Shown here in pieces: positions 12,697-25,458 of a stretch of DNA of 64,000 nt. Numbering within the stretch: position 1 is the stretch's first letter; each line of letters opens with the position of its first letter. Both the position numbers and the translations under genes were made by a program. The stretch covers positions 56,916,001-56,980,000 of the forward strand of contig NC_043005.1 in the NCBI RefSeq assembly GCF_006345805.1. Reading direction: 5' to 3'. A model generated the notes under the pieces. It did not search any database. It saw only the letters and a program-made list of their open reading frames with translations, and was not told the origin of the DNA. The stretch is from Octopus sinensis. Lineage: Eukaryota.

Positions 12697-15600
12697 ACAC
12701 TAGTAAAAAAAACTATGTAAATGTAAATATGCATTTAGCTGGTATACTTAAACAAGAAGGTATTCTTGCAAACATTTAGGTCAGGTTTCCAGTCTGAGAC
12801 CAATTTACTCTCATCAGTCTCATGTTCTTGCAAAAGGTCACAAGTGTTATACTTGCTTTTTTGATATGTTATTCCCAGGTATTACTTAGTGAATTGAAAA
12901 AAAGAAGATAGTACACAATCCATGGTGTAGACTTTGTTCATATAGATATTTAACCTTTTTGCATTCAAACCAGCTATATCTGGCCAACATATTCTGCCTG
13001 TTTATATTCCCACAATGTTATTCTAAAAATTAACAATTACATCATTGAAATCTTGAAGTTATGAGATAACACATGATTAATTTAAAACAATGTGAATAAA
13101 TAAACATAAGATTTGACAAAGTAATCTGAATGCTAAAGGGTCAAAGTGAGGATCTTGTTATTACTGGGGTTTCAATCTCTCTGAGCTTTCAGGCAACCAA
13201 AATTACAGCTTGAAACTCATGTCTCACTCTCTGTCACTATTTCTTCCACTCTGTTTTAATCTTCAGTCTACCTTAGTAATCAGAATAACGGCAAAGTTAT
13301 TATATAATTATATATTATATAACTATATAATTATATATTATATAACTTTATATAAATATATATAAATTATATAAATAACAGAAGTTATTTCATGAGCCAG
13401 GCACATTTTGTTATGGCACTGTCATTAGAATGGTTTTTTGATATTAAACTAAAACATCCTTTCTATCTTGCGTCAGTTTTTATTGTGTGTTATTGTCTTT
13501 ACTTGATGAGCTGCTTTTGCTGTAGCATGCAGCATTCAAGTTTCCTTTCTTTCAGTTTAATTCTTTGAATCCTTCTAAACTTTATTGAAGAACAAGATTA
13601 TGCTTTCTTAGATACTCACCCTAATCTTTATCCTGGTTGCTCCATTCTGAAGTCACTTATATAATTTTGCTTGGCATAATTTTGACACCTTGAGAAAATG
13701 TAGAAGATTGATTTTTCATGGGTAAATGAACATCTATTGGTGTAGCAGGGCATAGATAAAAACTAGCAGGTTAAATTATAATGTCTTGTGGTGCTTTAAC
13801 CATAGATGTTAGTTGGGTTATATCAAGCGGTCTGGCTAAACATTTCCAGATTTTTGGTAGGATGTTTTGTTAGTCAACTTCATTGAAATAGCTGGTATTT
13901 CTTTATGGAATTAAAAGTTATAATCCATTTGGCAGCATATTTCTGTTAAAATACACTGCCTTTGTTTCAAATAATTTGGAAAATATTGAAGAATTTAGCA
14001 AAATAACTGTCAAATTAAGCTGGTATTTGGAAGTAAGTTAACTCGAAATTTTTATGGACGGCTTTAATTAGATTACTTCTAAAGAGGAAGCTTGAACTAA
14101 AAATATAACTAAAAGTATAGGGGAAAAATATTATATTCAGGTTACACCCCTAGTATCGTCTAATGGCACACCAGTTGTGGAGCACTGGTGTAGATTTACA
14201 AGAAATTTTGCACTTTAATTAGTAGCTATATAGTTATATCTTTTTCTTATATTTCTTTTACTTGTTAGTCATTGGAACCACCTTGAAGAGTTTTAGTTGA
14301 ACAAATCAACCCTAACACTTTATCTTTTTAAAGTCTTTTACTTATTCTATCATACTAAATTGCTAAGTTATAAGGATGTAAACAAACTAATACCAGTTGT
14401 CAAGTAGTGGTGGTGACAGTCACACACACACATACAACTGGCTTCTTTCAGTTTCTGTCCACCAAATCTGCTCACAAGGTCTTGGTTGGCCGGGGGCTCT
14501 AGTGTAGACACTTGCTCAAGGTGCCACTCAGTAGGACTGAACCCCAGACCATGTAGCTAGGAAGCAAACTTCTTACAAATAGCCATGCCTGTGCCTATAA
14601 GAATAATTTTCTACATTGTTTTAAGTTTTCAGGCTGATATTTTATGATGTAGGATTGTGTAAATTGTTACTAAAAGAATTGTAATCCACAAGTTTAGATA
14701 ACTTCCTCATTGCAACATAAACAACCCCAAAATTACTACTAGAGTGGCTTCCATAAATATATATATATATATATGTCAAACATCATTTAATGTCTGTCTT
14801 TTATGCTAGTATGGGCAGGATGGTTTCACAAGAGCTGGCCAGGCTGAAGCCTGCATTAGACTTTTGTGACTGTTTTGGCAGGATTTTTACAGCTGGATGC
14901 CTTTCCTGACATCAACCACTCATCAGAGTGGACTGGGTGCTTTTAAGTGGCACCTGCACTGACAGGGTCACCAAGTGCTTGCAAATATATATATATATAT
15001 ATATATATTGAAATTTCTATTGACTACTGTTTCTGTAACATTAACATTTGTATGACCATATGTTAGTGAAATATACTTCCTCTGTATTAATTTTGAAAAT
15101 AATTGAGAATTTGGATAGGTCTTGGAAATTTATTAGCTTCATCATATTCAGTAAGTGCTTAGAGCACATTTAAAGAGTTTATCTTTTACTTGTTTCAGTC
15201 TTTAGACTGTGGCCATGTGGGGCACTGCCTTGAAAAAATTTAGTCAAACAAATCAACCCCATTGCTTTTTTTCAAAGCATAGTACTCATTCTATTGGTCT
15301 ATTTTTCTGAACTGTCAAGTTATGGGGACATAAAAATACCAACACTGATTGTCAAGCTGTGGTGGGACATGTACACACACACACACACAATGGGATTTTT
15401 TCAGTTTCTGTCTACCAAATCCACTCACAAGGCTTTGACCCAAGGTGCCACACAGTGAGGCTGAACCTGGATCCATGAGTTTGGGAAGCAAGCTTCTTAC
15501 CAATTTCAATATGAACACTTTGAAATGTCAGGGTTTGTATTGGAACCATAAATGGGTCTCAAATAGGTTGGTACCAAAAAGGTTAAGTGAGTTTATATGT

Positions 15601-16002
15601 CATGTGGATGTAAAAAGACACATATTACCAATGTTATAAATTAAGATTTAATTGTAGTAAATGAATTCTCTGTATAGTGTTACAAAGCAAAGTCTTTGTT
15701 GATCAACATGAATCTTTGATATGGATAAAGTGGTTTGGATTTAAACCGGCCTTATCTGGCCCAAATATACTACCTGTCCTATGTTCACACTGGTCAGATG
15801 CAGCATACCATACCTACCCTCCAATGCTATTCTAAAAATGTACAATCATATCACAATTTCAAAGCTATGAGATAATACATAGTTAATTAAATACAATGTG
15901 ATTGAAAAAGTATTACATTTGACAAAATAAACTGAATGCTAAAGGGTTAATCTGCCTCACTGATTGAGGAAGTGGTTGACACACCCACACAGAATTTGGA
16001 CC

Positions 16003-16086
16003 TAGCATGGAAATTGATGTTGAAGTGTTGGATCTAGTATGGAAATTGATGTTGAAGTGTTGGATCTAGTATGGAAATTGATGTTT
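16003..16086. repeat. 32-bp tandem repeat, about 2.6 copies
   Basis: Unit tagtatggaaattgatgttgaagtgttggatc, followed by a short LINE-like piece (NFKCFGSYV). Confidence 0.85.
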
Positions 16087-16850
16087 ATGACCATCAACGA
16101 AGATGAAAGCTACCTAATCTGTTCCACTGTTGGCAGTAACTTCAAATGCTTTGGGTCCTACGTTGCTGACATTAAGAAAGATTTGTTGACAGGCAGAGAT
16201 TTCTGGCACAGTATGGTGAAAGACATCCTCATTTCAATCACTTGAAAAGGTATTAGATGGGAGGGATATTTAGATATGAATATATTTGTGATTGTTTGGG
16301 CTGTCTGAGGCATATGATTGTACATTGAGGTAAAGTTAAAAGATTATTAGTAAATTCAATGAGTTCAAGCTGGTGTCCTCAAAGATAAATGAGTTGGTAG
16401 TCCTGTCAATATACCTTATTTCTTTAGAGCATTAAACCTTCCTCTTTCTTTGAGTTACAAATCTGTCTTTTGTAAATATTGTATTTTTATGAACAAAGTC
16501 CATCACCCGTTTCTGCCCAGGCTAGTTTTTTTCCTTTGTAACTCTTTTCTTCTACTTGTTTCAGACTGTGGCCATGCTGGGGCACAGCCTTAAAGAATTT
16601 TTAGTTGAATGAATTGCCCCTTTATTTTTTTTTAAGTCTAGTACTTATTCTATTGGTCTCTTTTGCTGATCTATTGGTCTCTTTTGCTGAACTGCGAAGT
16701 TACAGGGGATATAAATAAATCTTGTTGTGGTTTATCGATTTTAATGTTGTAATGTTACTGTGTATAAACAAGCATTTAAAGATCGCTATATTTATAGATC
16801 ATGTCTTTGTAGAGCATATGGCTTACCTCATTCATAGTGTCATGTTTAAC

Positions 16851-17052
16851 CCTTTTGAGACCAAATCAGCCAAGACTATCTTCATTTAATGTTACAGGCT
16901 CTGGGTTTTAAAGTGATCTAAATTAAAACTTGCTATTAAAATTTTCATGTCAAATTATGTTCCAAAGGTCTGCTTAATAATTATAGTTATTTTACTATAT
17001 TCCTCATTATTTAAAAAATTAATTGAAAGAAAAACTGTATTTTAACAGAAGG
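16851..17052. mobile_element. Second piggyBac-like MITE family
   Basis: ttaa|cccttt...gaaggg|ttaa. A truncated relative begins ttaaccctttcgttacc at ~47122-47297. Confidence 0.65.
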
Positions 17053-17660
17053 GTTAATACTTGTCATTCAACTTCGAAAACATTGGGCTCAGCTGTTTTC
17101 CAAATTGATTTCTCCTAAGTTTGCAGAACCATTCCTTCTATGCTAGAATAGATAAATAGATGTATTAAAGAATACAAGTTGGCACTAAGGGAATGGAAAA
17201 CAGAAATATTAACCGCTATCTGGTAAGCATTGGAGCAATCTAAATAAAGAATATTAATGCCTCTGGTTACTTGTTCTTCAATAACCTTTTTTTCTTGGCT
17301 TGTCCATGTTTGTAGATCAAATTATTAGGGCCAGTAAATGCTTTTGAAAGCAATGTTTAGAGTACTTCAGTATTTTCAACAAGGCCCAAGTATACCTCAT
17401 GATGCTGTATTACTCATAGACCTGAAAAAGCTATTGCCTTCATACTTTTTTCTAATCCCTTTCTCATATTAAAAGATTTTCTGTTGGAGGAATCTTTATC
17501 TTGAAATGGTTATAAGAGTAGCCAATTGTAAGGATAATGAATTATTTTGACAATATCTAATTAAATGCCCAGAATTATGCACATTTTTTCACTTATACAA
17601 AAATGAATATAAAACTTTAATAAAAAAAGTTGACTAAATCTTTTTTTTTTCTCCTTTTAG

Positions 17661-17737
17661 TTTTGATAAAAATTGATGGACAGAGAATCTACATCTTGTC
17701 ATTTCTTGCTCACTTATGAAGAGAAGAAAAGTTGAAG
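17661..17737 (+). other. PPP1R10: Probable 5'UTR exon of PPP1R10
   Basis: Very strong acceptor (ctaaatc, tttttttttttctccttttAG) and donor (AAG|gtatgt). It has stops in all frames and puts an in-frame TGA (17717-17719) upstream of the ATG at 21980. Linkage to the gene is inferred. Confidence 0.6.
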
Positions 17738-20700
17738 GTATGTATACAAATGTTTTCTTACTTCTGGTCGTTGAGTTTTCCCACCATCAGTTCTCTACAA
17801 ATGTAGCTGATATCCCTAGTGACCTTTTTTTTTTTAATCTGGAGTATTCTGTCCTAAGACATTGGGCATAAATCCAGAAGCTACATGAGATTTCCTTCTG
17901 AGAAGTGAGTGCAGTTTAGCATTGTAAGGAAGCAGTGTAAAGAGAAGAGTAAGAGGAGGCAATTCTAAAATGAAAAATGTCAAAGGTTTTAAAGACTGCC
18001 TCATGTTCTCATGTTAAATGTAGTTGTAGAAAGGCTTCTTCATTTTTGATACCCTCCCTAAAGAATTTAGGATTGTAGACAACTGTGAAAAAGTTTCCAT
18101 AGAAGGATCAATAGCAAATGAGGCCTGAAGATCACTTATAGGTCATTTTTCTAAATTGGTGAAATTCTAGATCTCGATTTCTTAATTAGACACAAAACCA
18201 AATTTTTATCAGGGAAGGAGACCTGATATATTTTTTGTTACTTATTTTATCAACTTTGAAGGAATGGAAGTAAAGTCAATCCTAAATGGATTTTAAATCA
18301 GAATGTTCATCTAATAAATTAAATACTGTACAGTTTATTTCACTAAAACTTTTCTACTGACTTGTCACTGTAGCAGTGTTCTTTATGGAATGGCAGAATA
18401 ATTAAAGCTTTGGGCAAAATGCCTAATGGTTATTTTGTTACTGCCTTATAACATTTTTAGTTGAAATGCTGCTGAGGTTGACATAATCTTTTATTCTGGG
18501 TTCCATAAAGTAAGCACCAGTTAAGTACTAGGATTAATCTAATTAATGGTATCCATTTCCCAAATTCATAACTATCATAGAAATGAATATTAACCATTTA
18601 TTATTGAAGATATTGATTTATGCAGGTGAGGGGATGTTGGCATGGACATGTAAAAAGAATTTGTAAGACATCACCATCATTCAGTTGTGCTACTTGCACA
18701 GGTTCTCATGACTGTCACCACCCAATTCTATTATCCATATATGAATTGGGAGCATGAGTCATAGTGAATCTTTCATTAGCTGATTACACAAACATGGATG
18801 CTGTCTCTACGGATACATTGCAGTTACTCTCTTGATAGAGCTTAGGTGATCCTGACCATTGATTTTATTGGATTCTTCCACTCATGATCAATGTAAGAAG
18901 CACTGTTGGCTCAGTTGGGCTCTTCCACTGCCTCTTCAAAATCTGCCCTGTTGCTGTTCCATGACTTTGCTGTATCCTTGGCAAAGTGGTTGAATAGGTG
19001 CTATGCTTTGCCAAAGGGCAGCCCATAATTGCAGGGTACGGTTATCACTCATCTAAAATACCTGCTTACCCATCATAAGATATACTGGCTAAAAATTGAT
19101 GTGTGCTGGTAGGTGGTGGTGGTAATGATAACTGAGGTTAAATACACAGACTTAGATCATAGAATGTTGAATCTTAAAGATGTCATAGGAACAAGATAGA
19201 GTTATAGATAAAAGATGTATAAGATTCATGTGTTTAATTTAGATGTTAGAATGATGTGAGGATGCCACTACTAAGAATGGATTAGAGGAAGGTGAAAGTG
19301 TGTGGAGTCTTGTCATTAAAACCTTTCTATGTTGAAAGCCTTAAACTTCTCTCTCTTTTTTTTTGTATTTGTCATCTATCTATGAGGTGTGTTTTCACAA
19401 TACCTATCATTTTTCAATTTTCACTAGAGTGATGCTTATCTCTGTTCTCTTTCTAACACAATGGTCTCTACTCTTCTTGAAATTGCTGACTAGATACTCA
19501 TATCTTCTAAGTTCAGTTAATAAACCCTGCTCTTATCATTCCTATGCCTATAGGCACAAGCATGACTAAAGAAGTTTGCTTTGTGACCACACAGTGTTAT
19601 TTTCTGTCTGATTGTGTGGTACCTGAGCAAGTGTTTTCTACAATAGCTTAAGCCCTTGTGAGCAGAATTCATTGATGAAACTGCTTGGAAGCCCATATGT
19701 GTGTCTGTGTAAATGCTTACATTTTTCTTATCAGTGGATAGTGTTGTTAGTTAACATTTCTTGGTCAACAAAGTTTCTGGTAGCTCTGAACTTTTAAAGA
19801 TAGGAAAGAAAACTCTCTTGAAAAACTTACGGGTTAGCAACAAGGACATCTGGTTATACAACAATGTCTCAATATGTATTCTTCTAATGTAGACTATATA
19901 TATAAAGCATTGTCAGGAGGTATAAGGGGTAAAGATAAACTTATTTATCCATCTGACTTCTCTATGATTACACCCATTTTGTAATTTTCATATAATATTA
20001 ATTTCAGTATGCAAAATATTATAAATGTTTGCATCAATAAGGATGCTCAGCATTATACAATTAAGTTTCATGTTCACAAATTAATACATTAATAAAGCTA
20101 ACTCATCAGATTGTATTGTCTAATGCTGAATATACATATCAATGCAAACATGTCCATTTAATTTTTTCATACTGAAATTAATACACGAAGAAGGTTATGA
20201 AACAGCTACAATCATATGGATAGATAGATTTATCTTTACATCTCGTGTTTCCTGACTATATTATATATATATATTCCTCAGTGAATAACTTATTACTCAG
20301 ATTTTCTGTATTTTTAGTTACATGGACACATTGTGTGACACTACATTGTTATTGATTACTATGTGGACTGTTAAGCCTAGTCCAAATGAGGAGCTTGCTG
20401 TGATAGCTGCATGATTCTCTGAATCCACACCATCATCATCATCACTTAACATCCATTGTCCATGCTGGCATAGGTTGGCCTATTTTTTATACACAGGTAC
20501 AGGTGTGACTGTGTGGTAAGAAGCTTGCTTCCCAATCACATGGTTCTAGGCTTAGTCCCATTAAGTGGCACCTTGAGCAAGTGTCTTTTACAATAGCCTT
20601 GGGCCAACCAAAGCCTTGTAAGTGGATTTCGTAGATGGAAACTGAAAGAAGCCTGTTTATATATATTAGCATGGAGAATGGACGTTAAACGATGATGATG

Positions 20701-21979
20701 ATGATGATATATATGCGTGTTTGTCCCCACTGCCACCACTTGACAACAGAATCAGGTGTGGTTATGTCCCTGTAACTTAGCGGTTCAACGAAAGAGACCG
20801 ATAGATTAAGTACTAGGCTTACAAACAATAAGTCCTGGGGTTGATTTGTTTGACTAAAACTTTTTAAGGCAGTGCTCCAGCAAGGCTGCAGCTAAAAAAC
20901 AAGTAAATGAATGTTTGTGTTTTTAGAAAATTGTCGTTTCTGTTTCTCTGTGTGTGATTAAGTAAAAATAAAAACCCACAAAAAATAGTGTTGTCATACT
21001 TATATTCCTGGTGAGCGATATGACATGAATCTCTATGAAGTAATAGAATAAAATTTATATTACTTGTAAAGTTTATGACAAGAAGAACGTCCTGTTGTAA
21101 AATCAATTCCTCCAATATTCCAACATATACCATCCAAGGAAAATGGACGTAAAACAAACAGGTGGACAAGAACACCCTATGAAGGACATTTCTTTCAAGC
21201 TACTTTCATCTTTGACCTTGCAAGAATTTAAACAGAACATGGACTTCATTCATCTCACCTAGTTTCTGAAGAACTCTAGTTTTGCAGACTAACTAAAACA
21301 GAGTAGCTAGAACAACTACTAATTGACAGTTTCTGATTTGGCTGGAAAGCAAGCTTGTGAACCACACAGTCATGCCTGCATATGCTTGTGTGTGTGTGTG
21401 CATGAGTGTGTATATATCATCATTTAACGTCCGTTGTCCATGCCAGCATGGGTTGGACAGCTGGCATCATCATTTTTCATCAGTTGGCAATATTGGACAA
21501 ATTGATGGGATCCAGTGAGCCACAGGGCTGCACCGTGATCCATGTCAGCCTTGACATGGTTTCTATGGCTGGTGGTTCTTTCTAACATCAAGCCACTTCA
21601 AAATGTGTGCTGGGTGCTTTTTTCTTTGTGCTACTGGCACTAGTGGCTGGTGGCACATAAAAAAAATGTGTGCGTATGAAACAGTGATATATTCACATTA
21701 TGACTGCTTCATTCTGCACTTTCCAAGACCAGTGAATTATTAAAAAAAAAAAATTTCTCATTTGAAAATCATGCAAAAGGTGGTGTCAGGGTTAGGTATC
21801 TAACCATAAAATGCTGCCTGAAATAGCTGCTATCCAATCTTTGCTAGTGTGAAAAACACATTTACTAAATGAATGCTTGTTTTTTCCATGCCAAATAAAC
21901 GAAAGAATTTAAATGTTTTCTCTCTGTCTGAAACTACCTTCTTAATTTGTGTTTCATCTAAATATTTCAGGTGTCAACC

Positions 21980-22071
21980 ATGGATCCTTTCAAGATTTTA
22001 AAAGGTATGGCTCCTCTGTTGTGCCAGAATGGTGGTATAAAAGGAGAGGAGGAGGCTGTAACCATAGCTAG
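21980..22071 (+). CDS. PPP1R10: PNUTS / PP1 regulatory subunit 10, first coding exon (exon starts at 21971)
   Basis: tttcAG|GTGTCAACC ATG (good Kozak context ACCATGG) encodes MDPFKILKGMAPLLCQNGGIKGEEEAVTIA, then AG|gtaagt (phase 2). It aligns without gaps to the N-terminus of human PNUTS as I recall it ([21 protein letters not shown]...KIF). Confidence 0.9.
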
Positions 22072-24102
22072 GTAAGTGATAGTTAAATTTATATTTAAGG
22101 ACATGTGTGCTTGAATGTTTGAGATAGTTGACATGTATTATTTGTAATATTGGTAAATTTTTACTACTACACTGTCTCACGAGATGGGTGTTATCTCTGA
22201 TGATGGACTTTTGGGATGGCTATCACTAACTCGTGTGGATTGAAAAGAGTTAAGAATTTAGTAGTTGTTTCTTCTGTGAAAGAATTTTTTGTCCCAAAAA
22301 TTTGCCCTTTAATTCTGTGCCCTTTTCTTGTGAATGTTTACTGTTATTTCTACACCTGTCTTATGAGACAGGTGTAATAGAAAAAGAAATTGACATAATG
22401 GCTTCTTATCGTGGTGTTAGATATGTTTTTACCATACACGGTAATGATTACAAATAAAGGAATACATTGAAAGGAATTAGCTGTCATTATTAGTGCCAGG
22501 AATCTGATATAAAGCAAATTCAAAATGAAGAAATTGTGCAAGTATATAATTAATTAGTATGTACACACAGCAAAACATATATTAGAAAACTAAAAAGAAA
22601 TTTGAAGTGGTTAAACTACAGTTTTTAAGCTTTTTACTCTGGAACTTTGAACATATGTAAGTACATTGTATACTTTCTACTCACACAATCTCCTTTATTT
22701 TTCAGTGAACAGAGTAACAAATTCTATTTATCTGTTTTTAAAATTTTTAAAAGAAACTGTAGTTTAACTACCTCAAATTTAGATGTTTTACATACATACA
22801 CCATACATTCAGCTTTCTATTTTATGATGTCAGAAAAAACAGGATGAGGTGTTTCTTCAGTTTCAGCTATTCCTATTGAGTGACAGTGGATAGTTACTGT
22901 CATTCTGCTTAATTAGTGCTTTGAAAAGTTAGGATTATGGTCTGAAGTAAGCATCTGTAGTGTATATTATAGCCTAGTTCTAGTACTGATGTTCTAAATT
23001 TGAAATGTCTGAGTTTGTCTAACTTTAGCCTTACTGACAGTTTTAAGATTCTGCTTTATAGTTAGATAAGTTGTGACAGTGCTAAGATTGTCTGTATTAA
23101 GTATTTACTAAGGCTTGTTTATATATCCAACTATCTGTATTAGGTTATACTTAAGCATTGTTGGTAGAATTCTTTTAAATGATTTTTTTTTTACCTTGCT
23201 GTTTCTTAAAGTTTATTGATGTTTAAAACAAACGAAGATAAAATTTTGTAAATTTTTTTTCAATATAACATTCATTTTTTTACATGCTTATATAAGTTTG
23301 ATAACTTAATTTCTTTTACAAGTCCAAGCTTTTGAATATTAAGAATATTTAAAGCTGGATTTCTGTTTTTTCGTATGAGTAACCTCTAATTTTTCTGCCA
23401 GGTGTATTTGAGTAAGTAGTAAAAGGTCTTGTGTATAGTGTTACATAATAGCAAAAGGAAAATTTCAATATTTGACACTGGTGGTCAGTAGTGTAATATA
23501 CCTGGATGTTATTCTGCTGCTGCTATCTTTTACAATAAATTTTTGATACTGGCTTCAGTACTTAAATGACCGAGATTATTTCTTAATACAATTATAATTT
23601 TTCAGACAACTAATTAACATTATTCCAAGATGAAAATGTGTTTTAATATACATTCACTCTGTTTTGATTAGTTAAGTTGCTAATTGTTACCAGGTGTCTT
23701 GTTCCTGGATATTTACATTATAATAGACTGGGTATGAACTAAAAACCTTTATTCCTCAACTGAAGATAGTAAAGGTGATGCCTACTAGATAACTGATATA
23801 CATAGATGTGTTGCTTGGCTGCAGACACATATAGATAAATTACTAGGACACTGACATATGTAGATGTGTCACTAGATCATAGATACATGTTGATAGGCTT
23901 TTTCGTTTTTCTTGTTCTTTTCTTGTCTTGTAAGTTACTTAAAGACCTCACTAGTGCTGGTAACATGAAAAAAAAAAGTACCAAGTACACTGCAAAATGG
24001 TTGACATCCAGTCATAGAAACCATGCCAAAGCTGACATTGGAGCTCGCTGCAGCCCTGTGGCTCACTGAACCTTGTCAAGCATTAAAATTCACTGATACA
24101 CT

Positions 24103-24580
24103 CATCATCATCGTTTAACATCCGCTTTCCATGCTAGCATGGGTTGGACGGTTTGACTGTGGGCTGACGAACCAGATGGCTGCACCAGGCTCCAATCTTG
24201 ATCTTGCAGAGTTTCTATAGCTGGATGCCCTTCCTAACGCCAACCACTCCGAGAGTGTAGTGGCTGCTTTTACATGCCGCCGGCACGGGGTCCAGTCAGG
24301 CGGTACTGGCAGTGACCTTGCTCGAATCTTTTACACATGCCAATGGCACAGGTGCCAGTAAGGCGATGCTGGTAACGATCCTCCTTGAATGGTGCCTCCT
24401 ACATGCCACCAGCACGGAAGCCAGTTAGCCTCTCTGGCAACGATCATGCATGGATGGTGCTCTTAGCATCCTACTAGCACGGGGCACAATTGCCAGTAAG
24501 GTGAAGCTGGTAACGATCACACTTGAATGGTGCCTTTTATGTGCCACCGGCATGGAAGCCGGTTAGCCACTCTGTCAACG
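24103..24580 (-). mobile_element. Young family B retroposon with internal imperfect tandem duplications
   Basis: (cat)n-gtttaacatccgctttccatgctagc end, with repeated blocks tgccagtaaggYga.gctggtaacgatc..cttgaatggtgcc. Close relative at 56589-56850. Confidence 0.75.
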
Positions 24581-25410
24581 ATCAGAGTGTGTTACTTGGC
24601 TGCTGACCAATGTAGATGTCTCTGGGGGCCTTTCGTATAAAAGTGTTACTAACTTTAGTTTAGAAACAGCTTCATAAAAGGTGAGAGGTAGGTAGAGGAA
24701 GAGTGAGAGGAAGGATGGATTAAAGTATAAGAAAAGGAGGGTGAGAGGAAGTATATGAAAAATAGGTGAATGGGAAAGTGAGAAAGAGTGAAGTAAAGAC
24801 AAGAAGTATGAGATGAAACTAAAAATATGACAAAAGGAGTTCAAGCATGGATAACAAGAAAAAAAAAGGTTGTGAGTGATGGCCAGATTTTTAGACATCT
24901 AGAGAAGAACTAAAAGTATTTGTGCAGGCATGACTGTGTTCTCAAGAAACTTGTCTTGCAACTATGTGGTTTTCGGTTCAGTCTCACTGTGTGGCACATT
25001 TGACAAGTGTCTTCTACTATAAACCTGGACAAACTACTGTCTTGTGGATGAATTCGGAAACTGTGTGGAAGCCTGTTGTTTACAAATGTGTGTGAGTTCC
25101 CTCCCCACCACTTGAGAATTGGTGCTCGTCTGTTTACATCCCCGTCATTTAGTGTTTCGGCTAAAGACGCTCATAGAATCAGTACCAGACTTGAAAGACA
25201 AGTGCAGGAGTCAGTTTGTTCGACTATTGCTTTCAAGGTGGTGTCCCAGCATGACCGCAGTCCATGATTGAAACGAGATGAAAAGTGTAAAAAAAAAAAA
25301 TAAAAAACACCAACAAAAATAGAAAACAAAAAAAGCGATCGATATCAAGGGAGATAACTGTGGCCTTTCCAGAACTATTTCCCCTTGAAACTTCTTTTCT
25401 GTTACTTGTA

Positions 25411-25458
25411 CTGAGCACAAGTTTTCTCTTAGATATCTAAGAGAAAACTTGTGCTCAG
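25411..25458. repeat. Perfect 48-bp palindrome with no spacer
   Basis: ctgagcacaagttttctcttagat|atctaagagaaaacttgtgctcag. Confidence 0.95.

Noticed and set aside
16003-16086. 32-bp repeats of CRISPR-like length
   Set aside because: The units are contiguous with no spacers, in a eukaryotic context with no cas genes.
24575-24898. Hydrophobic ORFs on the strand opposite purine-rich tracts (also 38327-38807, 58141-58530)
   Set aside because: Low-complexity compositional artefacts with no recognisable domain.
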